From assembly GCA_951406725.2 (NCBI GenBank), contig OX597814.1, positions 101,866,001 through 101,930,000 of the forward strand: DNA of 64,000 nucleotides, given 5' to 3'. Each line of letters opens with the position of its first letter. Within the stretch, counting starts at the first letter, position 1. The stretch is from Octopus vulgaris. Lineage: Eukaryota. The notes below the pieces were generated by a model. It worked only from the letters and a program-made list of their open reading frames with translations, was not told the origin of the DNA and did not search any database. Shown here piece after piece: positions 1 through 13,638 of the stretch. The translations under genes were made by a program, and so were the position numbers.

Positions 1-33
<33 letters not shown>

Positions 34-1774
34 ATATATACACACTGTACTGTTCCATTGTTAGTAGGCACAGCTAAAAAAGTACTCAATCCAACAACAG
101 ATAAGTATTATATTATAAACTCAGGATTTAAATGTGAGCTGCAGATTGTACAGTAACTGGATGGGCTTATATGGCATGTCGTGTACTTTACTGCAATCAG
201 CCCATCTGATGACTGTACTGTTTGCGGCCCTGTGTTTATTAAATGATATATATGCATATGATTGTTTGTGGATATGAATATAGAAACAGACAGGCAGAGA
301 CCTTTGGATTATTTTTAATTATTTAGTTCCATAGAGAACTAAAAACAGTAATTATTTTGTGTTACTAGGTCACTTTCAGAACACATGGGAAGAAATTACA
401 CCTAAATGACTTATTTATTGAAAATTTGTTTGTTACTACATATGTGTAAACAGACATTCATATGCCAAAATCACAGACTTGATGACATGTTTTTGTTTAG
501 AGTTTAGAAATCTTCAGTTAGAATCCAAATTCAACTAGGAATACAAGTGATCACTCTTTTAATGTTTACTGTCATCATTGTCAGTTTTCGTGTTAACACC
601 ATTTAGTTTCAAACAGCTGTATGAATTATTTAAAGAAGTTCTGTTTCAGTAGAGAGATGGCATTAAAAACAAGAAAGAAAAAGAATTATAGGTGGAGACA
701 CATCAAATTAATGTCATAGATGAAAGATAGTCTTGTTGGCAAGGAAACATTAAAAGTAAATGCTTTTAGATTTTCAAAATGGCAGCCATTGAGATAGCAA
801 ACGTCTTCCAATATTAAATTTCACTTTATATTGAAAATTCTTATAGAACAGGGCTAAAGGTTGCATCCTGTAATAGTTTGGAGGGCATTTGAGTTGTGAC
901 AGTCTGCCTCACAGTGGCCAGTGGCATGATAAAATGTACTGAGTCCATGCTGTAAAGTGTTTGGTAGTGGAAAGAGCATCCAGCCTAAGAGTTGCTGAAG
1001 CATGGAACAGACTGCCGGCATCAATTGTTAGTTGTCGGAGCAATGCATCCTTCAAAACTTCCATGCTTCCTGAGATTTGCTAACACTACACCTGATTTTC
1101 TCCCCTCTATATACACACAAGCATGTATCTGACTTCATACACTGTTCACTTTCCAGACATTTGTACATTACTGCATATTCTTTATATGCACTTTTGACAA
1201 GTTCTGGTTCACCTGAGCACTGTATACAATAATTTCATTATTATTATTATTAAAACAGTGCCAAAAATATGAAATAATTCAATACATTAATAAAGCCTAA
1301 TGGCATACACAGGACTAGCACTTACCATGCTAGTACTGTACCCACTAGTGGGGTGGTTAGATTGAAACATCTGATCAGATGTAAAATCCCCTCAACCATC
1401 ATCAAGCATTTGTGCACTTTCTTTGTGGTACAAAGAGAATTGACCTTGAGGATCATCAATCCTTCCACCACCAGAAATTCGGGGTTGCAACTATCAATGT
1501 TTGTGCAATGTAAGGAAGATTTGGTGAAATATAAAGATACTGTATGCAAGAAGTAAAACGTGTGCACATTTAAGTTTATGCTGATAATGTATTTAACCCT
1601 TTTGAGACACATGTTGTTTTAGTATGTGTAGCTAAAAAGACCAAAATTTTTTTCTGAGATTGATGTTGATGGGTGCATGTAGAAAACAAAGGATAAGATG
1701 CCTAAGACTACCTTATTAGTATGTAAAACTATATATTTGTTTATTCGACTTAACTGTTAAGTCAAATAAGCAAA

Positions 1775-2157
1775 TACAATCATTCATCAACAGATGCTTG
1801 CATAGTATATTTAAAATTAGATGGCCTGAACACATAAGCAATATGGAGCTATGGCAAAGAACAAATCAAGTTTTGATTAGGGAGCAAATATTTAAGAAAA
1901 AGTGGAAGTGGATTGGTAGCAGAATTAGAAAAGACACACCAAATGTAGCGAAAAGTGCTTTGCAGTGGAATCCGAATGGATATAGAAAGAAATGTAGGCC
2001 TAAGAACTCATGGCATAGATCAACACAAAAGGAACTAGAGAAAGGGGGACATTCATGGCAGAGTATAAGTACAGAAGCAAAAAATTATGCGACATGGAAT
2101 TCAACTATAAATGGCCTATACGCCACGTTGAAGGATTAAAGGCAGGAAAAAAAAAAC
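1775..2157 (+). mobile_element. 5'-truncated non-LTR retrotransposon 3' end (RTE-like C-terminus)
   Basis: ORF 1798-2139 (IRWPEHISNMELW...KWKWIG...ALQWNPNGYRKKCRPKNSW) matches the post-RT C-terminal motif of RTE-type LINEs; A-rich tail at 2148-2157. Confidence 0.8.
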
Positions 2158-3102
2158 TATATATATTTTATAGTTTTATTTTTTTATCTACTGAAAGACG
2201 ATCTCTTATCGGCTATTACACTTCAAAATGTTTGTTTCTGATGGCTGATGGATTGGACTCAAAGTCCCTTCAGCCTGTATCACTTGCAATGACCTAGTGA
2301 ATTAATTTCACTTATGAAGACCTGGGTCGTAACATTAACTTTTCTGACATGACCTATGTTGTATTTTATTATTCATAATTCTTCACCTTACCTATGTATT
2401 CTGTTAACAATCCTTTATAAGTTGACTTATACTGCTATATATCAAGATAGTCCATCATTATCTGACCAATGCCTTTTGTTATTATGGAATTGGTGTACCA
2501 TTAAACAGTGTAATAATTGCATAGGAAGTAAATCAAATTGTAGTAAATTGTAGACCTTTCTGATCTGTGATTTCAATATATTTTAATAACAAAATTCTTT
2601 CTATTTTAACTCATGTCATGTGTAAACATGAATATGTCTGATCTTACACCAATTAGTTCAGACACAAGATCTTACAAAACAGTCTACAATATATGTATGT
2701 ACTTATGGTGGGGTCTATATACATTATATATACATATCCATATATAGACCTTACTAGTCACATGCAACATAGCTGTTTGTATTTTGATTTAACTACGCAC
2801 ATTTATGTTCTTTTATGATTATTTATTTCTGGCCTGTGTATGTTCCAAGCACGATTTTGTTTGAGATTATTATAGAATGTGAACAAGAGAAACACAAGGA
2901 AAATTCTTTTACATATTTATATTCCTCTAATTCTCTTCTGTTTTTTTCTCTTTCCTGCTCATCTCCTTTTCATTCCATAACTTTGTTTGGACTGAAAACA
3001 AACTCGGTATGCCAGCTCAGTCTATCATCCTTCCAAAGTGAAATGCATCTTTGATTGCTTGTGTTTGTGATTCCCTTATTTTGTTAGTGTGATGTTTTGC
3101 AG

Positions 3103-3246
3103 GCATCTGAAAAAGACACATCTGACGGTGCTCCATCTGGTATCAGAAGCGTTAAGGACCAAGCCAAACATCTGAACAAACTACAATCAGAAAGTGACCT
3201 GCTGAAACTAACTAGCCGAAAGCATGACAAATCAAAATCTGACAAA
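3103..3246 (+). CDS. sowah: Internal coding exon (144 nt, phase 0-0) of a SOWAH-like ankyrin repeat protein: ASEKDTSDGAPSGIRSVKDQAKHLNKLQSESDLLKLTSRKHDKSKSDK
   Basis: ttttgcAG acceptor (3101-3102), GTAAGC donor at 3247, open frame with protein-like composition. Linkage to the downstream ankyrin exons is inferred from strand and phase. Confidence 0.75.
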
Positions 3247-5104
3247 GTAAGCTGCTCCCACACCATCATCATCTTCCTCTTCATCTCTGAGCAACAGCTG
3301 CCTGTGTGTTGTAGCTTCTCTTGGCTGAAAACTTAACCATATCTGAATAAATTCTGTCTTTTTCTCTCATTCTCTCTTACTTGCATATCTTCTCTCAGTT
3401 TCTCTCTTGTGACTAACTCATATTGCAGTAAATTAGCTCATTTCTTTAAAAGTACACCTGGTTTGTCAACTATATTGCTTTAGGTTATTATTGTTGTTTG
3501 TTGTTGTCATCCTCATTGTTATTTCCTTATTTTTTTCTCTTTGGCTATTTTCTGCTCATTCATCTTATAACCACGCTTTTTGCACTTTCTTCTCATCATC
3601 TCTGATGCCATCTATTGTAGAGTCCTCATTCTCAACTCTAAATCTCACATTTCATTGCACTTGCCTTCTGTTTTCCTTTTTATTTCTACATTTATTCTTT
3701 TATCTATTCACTGGCACCACTGAATGTTTTCTTATTTTTTTTTTACCATTAATCATTCTTCAGATGGCATTTGTTTTGGGGGAACACTTTTTTTTTTTTT
3801 TTGTCTTTATGACCAACCAGCCAAATTTGAACATAAATGTTGTCGCCACTTTCATTCAACTTCTATTTTGCTTGCATGAATCCATTTACCGTAAAATCCA
3901 GCAGTTCTTCATTTACTGCTTTAATGTTTCATTACTCTTTCATTTCATATTTCTTTTTGTTGTTGTCTCTCTTTTCTATTTTCATGAGTTCATTTTCTCT
4001 CTGCTTATCATAAAACTTCATCGTCGTCTTTTCCCCTCTTAGTACATAGCATTGATGGAGCAGAAAAACAAAAAAAAAAGGAAAAAATTAAAAGAAACAT
4101 AAAAACATTTCCATTGAAGTTTGTGCTTCTAGTGAACTGGTCAGGCTTGATGTACTTTTCTTGAACCAGTTTCTTTTTTTTTTTCTTTTTTTTTTTGTGA
4201 CTTGGCATTATAGTCATTTAAATAAGTTTCTGAAATCTTCATGCATGTGTTCCAAGTTCACATCTTATCTCTGTTGTTCCAGTTATGTCTTGAGATCTAG
4301 ACAACTAACACTTTTTACCTCACACTACCTAAGTGGAAAATAGGTGTAAATCTATCATGGTTATTTATCATATCATCGATATATTTTTTTTATTAATAAT
4401 ATAGTTTTATTTCTTACCTAATTATAGAATGTGAAAAAGAGGAAACAAAATGAAAATTTTTTTTACATATCTTCACTCTTTCAGTACTCTCCTGTACTTT
4501 CTTTGCCTTTCTCATCATTTATTTCTTTTCCATTCCATGCCTGTATTTGGACTGAAAATAAAGGCAATATTCCAGCTCATTTTGTATTCTTTTCAAATTG
4601 AAATTATTCTTCCATTGTTTGTGTTTTTGAGATAGACAAACAGATTAGCTTTCAACATAATATATATCAGTGATCTTGACATTGTCGCTTTGGCAGCAGT
4701 TTGTTGTTGTTTAGACTCATGTCAGACCTGATCAATCAAACCTGTGGTACGTAGGTAGTCATCTAAGTGGTTGGTATAATCCCTGTCTCCATCATTCCAT
4801 TTTCTGTTCTGGAATATTATATCCATAACCAAGTTATCCAGCATATTCATCCATTTTTAAAATGGTAGGGTGAAGTTTGAGGAAGATTTGGTAACTTTTA
4901 GAGGTTATTTTCATTGGCTCAGGAATTATACATATAAGCATTCATGTATGCATTGATGTAACCAACACTTGATATACATACTTTCCATGTAATTTTATTC
5001 AATCTTTGCAATTTCTCCTATGTTCTGTTCATAAAACCACAAAAATCAACACACAGCACCTGTTTTTTCCCTGACTTTCAATTTCTACCTGTTTTGGTGA
5101 AACT

Positions 5105-5365
5105 TAAGTATCAGTTTTGTTGTATCTTGGAAGGGTCGTTATGCCAATAATAAACATATTCACTGGTTCTGTTCCACTTTATTTTTATTAATTATTCAGT
5201 TGATTAATCAATCAGCTGGGTTTGTCAAAGTAACTTTTGTCACAATTTGCAACCTCATCAATGACAAGCTCTCTCTGCTTCAGGTTTGTCTGAAGTGACA
5301 TCGAACCCATGTGTGTATTTATTATTGGCATAATGACCCTCCTGAGATACAACAAAACATGCTTC
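5105..5365. mobile_element. MITE-like element with ~60-bp imperfect terminal inverted repeats
   Basis: gttttgttgtatcttggaagggtcgttatgccaataataaa (5114-5154) is the reverse complement of tttattattggcataatgaccctcctgagatacaacaaaac (5318-5358), with a few mismatches. Confidence 0.6.
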
Positions 5366-5866
5366 AACACACAAATTCATATCAAGAATCTTGCAAACCA
5401 AATACAAAAATCATATACCCTGTAATTTCCAAACCTACTTTTTGAACCCTTTCTTACTATCAGTAGTGTACTCTTTAAAATAAATATTTCAAAATGACAG
5501 AAATGGTTTTGCAATGTATTGAGTTCCACTTGTCTACATTGATTGTATTGAGTTCCACTTGTGTACATTTTGAGTCCAAATCCCAGCAGGGATGCTTTAC
5601 ATCACAAAAATATTGGTAAGTGCAAAACTTTCAGCAATTTAGTGGAGCTTATTCAGTTGACTCAAACCATACAAATGTGTTGTGTAGTTCCAGTTGAAGA
5701 AATTAATCACTCATTCAGGTATATGTGGTTAAGAAGTTTGCTTCACAATGACATAGTTTAATCTTAATGTGAGCACCCTAGGCAAGTGTCTTCTTCTATA
5801 GCCTCTAGTTGACCAACACCTTGACAACATAGAATTTGGTTGACATAAAATGTGCAGAAGTTTGCC

Positions 5867-5936
<70 letters not shown>

Positions 5937-6071
5937 AATAGAAGAATTGCTAAAATAGCCCTTTGTGTGTCATATTTAATATGAGTACATCTTGCAAAGG
6001 CAAATTTACTGCAGCATTTGTCCAAGAATAACATCTCTTATAGACATCTGAGAACAGTTTTCATCTCCCTG

Positions 6072-6115
<44 letters not shown>

Positions 6116-6211
6116 TGTGTTTTTAAACACACCCCATCCTTAAGAGATGTTATCTTGGGACAAATACTGCTGTAAACCCACTTTTCAATGATGTTTTTGT
6201 GATACATGAAT

Positions 6212-6269
<58 letters not shown>

Positions 6270-6427
6270 CCTTGGTAAATTTGATAGATGGAAACATGTC
6301 TGGCTAAAGGCAATTGTTAGCTTGCTTGGGAAGAAGTGAGTGTTGGCACAGGAAGGGTATGTAGCCATAGAAAATCTGCCTCAACAAATTCTGTCTGGCC
6401 CATGCAAGCATGGAAAAGTGGTTGATA

Positions 6428-6458
<31 letters not shown>

Positions 6459-7015
6459 CACTGACTAGTTTATGTTATCCCCATTTTTTTCTCAGTATCT
6501 TAACAATTCTACACATAGTTCATATTTCAGTCAGATAATCGTTAATCTCTGTGGTCAATACTATTGACTAAACCCTTGAAGGTACCATCCACCATGGCCA
6601 AAATTCTATGGCTGCAAAGAGTAAAACACAATCTGAAAATTTAAAGGGTGTTACATGCACACAGCGAAAAGCTATGTCCAAATCCCTACCTGTTGGAACC
6701 TGAACAGTTTATCTATAACCTTAAGTCTTTAATACTATTAAGAAAAGCAAAGATGTCAAAATAACCACTTCGTTTAGTATTAGATTTCTCTGTCAAATGT
6801 AATCCTTATTTATTCACATTGATTTGAATTAGTCATGCATTACTTTGTAGCTTTGAGATTTCAATGACATGATTGTTTATTTTTAGAGTTATGTTGTAGG
6901 CAGATTATTTGGGTTGGATATGGCTGGTTTAATACTAATATTCTACAAATTATATGTTCAATCCAGCCATATCTGGCCTGTCACTCCTATCATACAATGT
7001 TACTGAAAAATAAGA

Positions 7016-7395
7016 AGGCGTAGGAGTGGCTGTGTGGTAAGTAGCTTGCTTACGAACCACATGGTTCCAGGTTCAGTCCCACTGCGTAGCACCTTGGGCA
7101 AGTGTCTTCAACTATAGCCTCAGGCCGACCAAAGCCTTGTGAGAGGATTTGGTAGACGGTAACTGAAAGAAGCCCGTCATATATATATATGTATGTGTGT
7201 GTGTATACGTTTGTGTGTCTGTGTTTGTCCTCCCAACATCACTTGACAACTGATGCTGGTGTGTTTACATCCCCGTAACTTAGCAGTTCAGCAAAAGAGA
7301 CCAATAGAATAAGTACTGGGCTTACAAAGAATAAGTCCTGGGGTCAATTTGGTCCACCATGGCCACAGTCAAATGACTGAAACAAGTAAAAGAGT
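7016..7395 (+). mobile_element. tRNA-derived SINE with central (TA)/(TG) microsatellite (octopus-type family A)
   Basis: A-box-like TGGCTGTGTGG, B-box-like GGTTCAGTCCC, body ccttgggcaagtgtctt...gaaagaagcccgtc. Near-identical copies at 54351-54750 (+) and 59942-60370 (-); partial copies at ~19218, 20051 and 36160. Confidence 0.8.
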
Positions 7396-7480
7396 AATCA
7401 TATCATCAATATCTCAAAGCTAATGAGATAATGCATGATTAATTCAAAACAGTGTAAATGAATAAGCATTATGTCTGATG

Positions 7481-7815
7481 AAGGCACATGGCTCTGTGGT
7501 TAGTGTGTCAGGCTCACAATCATGAGGTAGTGAGTTTGATTCCCTGGACTGGGCCGTGTGTTGTGTTCTTGAGCAAGACACTTTATTTCATATTGCTCCA
7601 GTTCACTCAGCTGTAGAAATGAGTTGTGACATCACTGGGGGCAAGATATATTGGCCTTAGCCTTTCCTTTGGGCAACATTGGTGGTGTGTAAAGAGGAGA
7701 TTGGTATGCTTGGTTGACTGCTAGTCTTCCATAAACAACCTTGCCCGGACTTGTACATCAGAGAGGAATTTTCTAAGTGCAATCCCATGATCATTCATGA
7801 CTGAAGAGGGTCTTT
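7481..7815 (+). mobile_element. tRNA-derived SINE (family B, cttgagcaagacacttt core)
   Basis: tRNA-like head followed by tgttcttgagcaagacactttatttca; related copies at 38754-39032 (-), ~40600-40720 and ~47290-47420. Confidence 0.65.
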
Positions 7816-9440
7816 ACTTTTTACATTTGACTGAATAATCTGAGTCTAAAGGGTTAAACATAAAACCTTTAGTCTAGTCAAAAGAAATATTTTGTTTCAG
7901 GTGGTAGCAAATTTAACAAGTGACTTTGGAGCACAGACTGGACACCTACTTTGGTGTCTTTCATATGTATATACTTATATATTTATATACATATGTGTGT
8001 GTATTACTGTAGTAACCTTCCTCCTAAAATTGCTGGTTACCTTGAGCTTTTTAGACTTACGTGGCAATAACATGTTACTTGTTTTCTTAACCTGTCAACC
8101 ACTGTTACCAGCCTAACAACTGTTACTTCACTAATTTTGTACCATCGTTTACAAGATTAACATCAAACTTATCTTATGTAAACAGACTTTTCTTTTCTGT
8201 TTTTGCTGAAGAATGTTGGGAAACCCATTATTTCATTTCTAATTTATGAAATTAAGGGATCAACATCTATAGCTTCTGAATGTACCAATAAAATACTGCC
8301 AAATTCTACAAACTTCTTTGCTGAGGCCAATATTATTTTAACCTTGCTTACCAAGTATAATTACCTACCAATGTTTATTAACCTAACTTCTTGTTCACTA
8401 CACGTCCCACTACATGCTAGATTTAGTCCCACATAGCTATTCTCTGAATTCAAACTCCAGCAACCTTATATTACAGTGCCTACAGGAGGTTGTTTTCACA
8501 AATAAGGCTAAATATATATCTCCTGCAAATCATAAGAGGATGTTAAACGAAATGTCAAATGAAAGAACCAATAGCCTCAGACAGTCTCCTGTTATTTTCA
8601 CTGGAGAGTATGCCACTTGTCTAATCAACAGAACCATTCATTCATTATATTATAAAGTAAAAGGTTAAGTTTCAACTGCCATTTGTACTTTTAATGTAAT
8701 CTTCAGGGAGAATCAGTGTAGCTGAGTGGTTAAGTTTGTTTCAAAATCATTGGGTTCAAAGGTACAATCCCACATTGTAGTACTTTGAACAAATGTCTAT
8801 TTCTACTATAGCCTCTGGTTGACCAATATTTTTTGTGGTGTTAGGATGATGAAAACTGTGAGAAGCCTGTCATACACACACACACACACTCTTACATATG
8901 TTAGCAGACATGTGCTTCTTCTATGTTAATAGTCATGCAAACTGTATGATGGTCTCACTACTTCTGGTGGCATAAAAAAAGAAAGCTCCCAGTATATGCT
9001 GTATAGTGGTTAGTGTTAAGGACATGCAGTTATAGAAACCATGCCAAAGCAACTACTGGACTAGAATATGATGCAATCCTTGGAACCATCAGATCCTGTC
9101 AAACCATCCAAATACTGCTAAGCATTTTGTCCAGCATGCTAACAATTCTGCCAGCCCACTGCCTTTGAGCCAGTTCAAGAATAAAAAATTATGATGTATG
9201 AAAAGGCTGGCCTTTGGAATTAAAAGTATATCTCACTTGATGGATGTCCATCCAGTTTGCATCTGTACAATTTTACTCAGACTTTTTGGCTAACCCAAGG
9301 TTGTGGTAGAAGCTATTTGTTCAAGGAATCAGACAGTAAGATTGAACCAAAGATTTCACGAGTGTAAAGCAAACTTCTTAATTATTCGGCCAGGTACTTG
9401 CCTGTCTGATATGTGATGTAATTGTATCTAAGAGATTATA

Positions 9441-9876
9441 CAGGGTGGACCAAAATGATGACACATTTGGAGGCTTAATAAAAGCACAAAGAAATAATGA
9501 AAAGAAAAATTTTATTTTCTGAATGTACATATTTCTCCTGGAATGGTTGCTATTTTTATACAAATTGCATGTTTTAATTCATCAATAGATCGTGGGCAAT
9601 GACTGAATACTTTTGATTTTAAATACCCCCACAAGAAGAAATCACATTTCACCATTCCAGAAGAAATGATCCATAGAGTTATTGATAGCTTTCATGAATG
9701 TCTCCAACGGTGTGTTGACAATGATGGGAAGCATTTAGCTGATTTAATTTTTAAAACTTAATGAAATAAAATGGCATTATATGTACATTCAGAAAATAAA
9801 ATTTTTCTTTTCATTATTTCTTATTTTGTGCTTTTATGAAGCCTCCAAATGTGTCAGATCATTTTGGTCCACACTG
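9441..9876 (+). mobile_element. Internally deleted Tc1/mariner-superfamily DNA transposon
   Basis: TA flanks (9439-9440, 9877-9878); ~90-bp TIRs starting CAGGGTGGACCAAAATGA; residual transposase C-terminus IPEEMIHRVIDSFHECLQRCVDNDGKHLADLIFKT* at ~9654-9761. Confidence 0.85.
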
Positions 9877-10512
9877 TACTTCTTGTTTTATTGACAGTAT
9901 TTATTAAAGCAAAGCTATGCAGTATGGTAAAATGGCTATTGAGGTTCAGAAGAACGTATAGTAGTATTGGGGTTGTTGATTGTAATAGTTTGCAGATATT
10001 GCTATATATTTGTATGTGAGTGGATTAAATGAAAGTTCAAGGATTTGATTTTGTTGTTGAAACTGCTAATTATGAGATATGGTTAGCTTGATGATAATTA
10101 GCTAGTGTATGTGTTGCATAATATTAATTGCAATCTAAAACAGTTTGTTTTATATATGTAGATAGGTATTTCTTGCAAAAACAGTGCTCTTTCCCCTCTC
10201 TCTGCCCCTTCTCTTTCTCTCTCCCCCTCTCTCTCTCTCTCTCTCTCTCTCTCCTTCATAGTCACTCATAAATCTGCTACTAAAAAACAATTTAAGAAGA
10301 AATAAGCTAAAATTAATCATTAATGATTTTAAAATGTGTATCTGTGTCTTAATTAAGCATAACATATTGAATTAACATTTATTTCAGAAGCAAAATTAAC
10401 AAATTGCAGCAAAGGCTGCTAGGAGAAGCAGTGTTATGTTATTGAGAGGGTTATTAAACATTGGAGTTTTTTTAATGATATTTTTGTTTGTTTTTTCTTT
10501 ATTTACAAATCC

Positions 10513-10550
<38 letters not shown>

Positions 10551-10664
10551 TTGTTTTTTCAGTTTACAGCACTCCTTTCACATCACATACTACTTTAATT
10601 ATCATTCATCCATCTCACTTGTTTTTATGAACGCATAAGTTTACCTTTTAATATTTCCCCTCAT

Positions 10665-10866
10665 AAAGGCAGTGAGCTTTGCACATGGGCAAAATGCTTA
10701 GCAGCATTTTGTCCTTCCTTATGTTCTGAGTTCAAATTCTACCGAGGTCAACTTTGCCTTCCATCATTTCAGTGTCAATAAAATAAGTACCAGCTGAGTA
10801 CTAGGGTCGATGTAATTGACTTACTCTCTACTCCGAACTTGCTCGCATTGTACCATAGTTTGAAAC
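10665..10866 (+). mobile_element. SINE family C (gcaaaatgcttagc...gagttcaaatt...gtcaactttgcctttcatcc)
   Basis: Recurs at ~31955-32135, 47060-47265, 47635-47835, 53945-54160, 56154-56790 and 61882-62020. Confidence 0.75.
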
Positions 10867-11134
10867 CACCGTTCCCCCTCATACTGCCCTGAATTCTCTT
10901 CTGTACCCAATGATACCAGCCCACAACATAACTCCTCCACCCTGTTGTTGACGTCGTAAATGTTGGTGAGGCACATCTCCAAAATAGACCCAACAATTCA
11001 TCCAACCGTCAGGTCCATCAAGTGTCACTCTGGAAAAGATGTTTCCCTGGAGCTAAATAACAGTAACATTATCCTTGTATGGGACTGTCACATTATGTTG
11101 ACACATAAACTTTACTATGTTGTTGCCTGACTAG

Positions 11135-11391
11135 CTCCTGGGCCGGTGGCACATAAAAAGCACCATTCGAGTGTCGTCGTTGCCAATGCTGCCTCACTGG
11201 CCCTCATGCCAGTGGCACATAAAAGGCACCCACTACACTCAGAGTGGTTGACATTAAGAAGGGCATCCAGCTGTAGAAACTTTGCCAGATCAGACTGGAG
11301 CCTGGTGCAGCTTTCTGGTTCACCAGTCCTCAGTCAAACCGTCCAACCCATGGAAAGTGGACGTTAAACAACAATGATGATGGTGATGATG
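11135..11391 (+). mobile_element. RTE LINE 3'-UTR fragment with (GAT)n tail
   Basis: Matches the reverse complement of 20744-21000. Similar fragments at 39590-39876 (+), 49640-49871 (+), 58130-58298 (-) and 62150-62327 (+). Confidence 0.75.
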
Positions 11392-11499
11392 ATATCACCA
11401 TCCACTATCTAGACACACAGATTATCTTAAGTTGGGGATTTGTAGGTCTCGGCTAGTCATTCGACTGATTATCTACGCCTGCTCTATTAAGACTGATCC

Positions 11500-12480
11500 C
11501 TGTCTAATTAAACCTCTCTCTCTCTCTCACACCACACACCCACATGCACCTTCATGCTACTTTTCCATCTCTTTCCCTCTTACTACTCTCAACTGGTTTT
11601 TTTCTCTTTTAGGTACCTCTTTTCATTCTTAATCTCCAGCTTTTTTTTTATAGTCTTTGGCTCTCTTTTGTCATACCTGATTCTCCACAGCCACTCTTAC
11701 CAGTATGCAGTCCTTACCCCATCCCACCCTCATTTCCCTTCTCTCCTCAAACTATTACTCTTTCTCTCTTTTGTCTCTCACCAACCTTCCCCTCTATACT
11801 ATTCTATCTTTCTTTTTTCCCTTCTACCATAAAACTGTCCTTAGCTCCTTTCACCCTTCCTTCACACCCCAGCACACTCTGCATTTTTTCCTTCCCCAAT
11901 CTCTCTTTGTCTCTATATAGTTCTTAACCCCCTCCTCTCCTCTTCTGATTAATCCTACCTCTACCTCTCTCTCTTCCTCCTTCATACTTGCTCTTAGTTT
12001 CCTATCTCTCTTCCCTACTTCAAACTGACCTTTCTCTCACACTTTTCTCTTTCCCTCTGCATTCCACCATTACACTAACAACGCACACTCTCTCTCTCTC
12101 TATCTCTCCTTTCTCCCTCCCTTTTTCTTTCTCCACTTCCCTCCCTCTTTCTCTCCCCTCCCTCCCTTTTTCTCTCTCCTCCCTCCCTTTTTCTCTTTCG
12201 TTCCCTCTTTCCCTCCCTCTTTCTCTCCCCCTCTCTCTTTCTCCCACTCCCTCTCTTTTTCTCTTTCTCTTTCATTTTTCATTTTCCCTTGTTCCCCACC
12301 CTTTTCACTCATTCCAATCCTCAGTCTTCCTTCAAATAAACCTTATCTCTCTATAGCATTTTTTTTCTTTTTGTTCTCTCTTACTCTTCCTCCCACTTTT
12401 TCATTCCTCCTTCACACCTTTTTATTTCTATCCTTCTTCTTTTCCTCCCCATTCCTCTTTCACAATCATCATTGCCCCCC
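11500..12480. repeat. ~1-kb polypyrimidine (CT-rich) low-complexity tract
   Basis: Strong C/T bias on the + strand; the Ser/Leu/Pro and Arg/Glu ORFs here are compositional artefacts. Confidence 0.9.
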
Positions 12481-13415
12481 TCCACACACACACACACCCA
12501 CCATTATTTACCATTTCTTCTCCACCCCCCAGCCATACCTTATTTAAAAGTTGAAAATATTGATCTGAGAAACTAAGCTAAAATAAAACACAATAACCAA
12601 CACTCCCATTGCACTGTCTCTCTCTCTCTCTCTCTCTCCTACCACCCCTCTTCTCTCTTTTGACATTTGCTTATTATGTATATACTGACTTATTAACCAT
12701 ATATACAATTAGCATGTCTTTGCACCTTGTATTTCACAACATGGAAAATTAATTACACTTGCAGTTTCTCGGTTCTCGTTACCAATCATGCATGGTTTTG
12801 TAGCCTGTTCAATTTACAATGTTGTTATTGTTGATTTTTGTTTTGAAAGAAAAATGTTTATAGATTTTTTTTTTCTATCTTTCTTTTGTCTTTCGGTTGT
12901 TTTTATTAAATATTGTTTGTTTTTCTGGCTTGATATTTCATTTTGCTTTTTTTTTTTTCAGCATTCTTTAAAGATTCTAAAGGCGGGTATACTCACACAT
13001 TTGTATAAATTCTTTACACACATATGTCAAAAAAGGGGAGCTTCAAAGGTTCTTGTTGTTTAGCCCCAGGTCAATGCTGATCAAGGAGACTTGTGATTAA
13101 AAGCATTCCTGTTGTAACCATTTCATCATTTGGGTTAGATCTAGAACTATATTATCTAATATACCATATCCTTTATTTAAAACTGTAGATGTATGGTAGG
13201 TAATGTGAAGAATATTTGGTTGCTATTTCTATCAAACTGATACACCACCATGTAAAGCCTTTCTCACTGGCTCAACCTTAGAAGTTGCTTAAACTATTTA
13301 ATGTATCAGCAAAATCAACACACTCATTTATCATTTTTAATGTTTTGGGGTTTTTATTTTTAAATAGGTATCTCTTAATTCAAACAATACAACCACTTGA
13401 AAAAGTCTTTATTAA

Positions 13416-13638
13416 CCCTTTAGCATTTAAACCAACTATGTCTGGCCCAAAATTTTCTGCCTATTTAATTTTCAAACTGGCCAGATTTGATCTCTCACTC
13501 CTAGGCAACAATGTCATTCAAAACATAAACAATCACATCATTGAAATTTCAAAACTACAAAGATAATGCATAATTAATTCAAATCAATGTTAATTAAATA
13601 TGTATTATATTTGATACAGTAATCTGAATGCTGAAGGG
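13416..13638. mobile_element. TTAA-flanked MITE (piggyBac-type ends CCCTTTAGCATT...AATGCTRAAGGG)
   Basis: TTAA on both sides. Further copies at 38715-39215 (SINE inserted), 58101-58480 (RTE tail inserted) and ~6950-7853 (two SINEs inserted). Confidence 0.75.

Noticed and set aside
3491-4042. 183-aa hydrophobic membrane-protein-like ORF
   Set aside because: A T-rich intron sequence producing Phe/Leu/Ile; non-ATG start and no domain motif.
5587-5615. cAG...TTG|GTAAGT candidate small exon (26 or 29 nt)
   Set aside because: No pyrimidine tract, upstream AGs nearby, and frame-shifting with no evident partner.
7016-7095. tRNA-like sequences (also 7485, 46075 and 54351)
   Set aside because: These are SINE heads continuing into repeat bodies, not complete cloverleaf tRNA genes.
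8005-8680. Possible decayed DNA-transposon coding remnant on the minus strand
   Set aside because: No diagnostic motif or convincing TIR could be read by eye.
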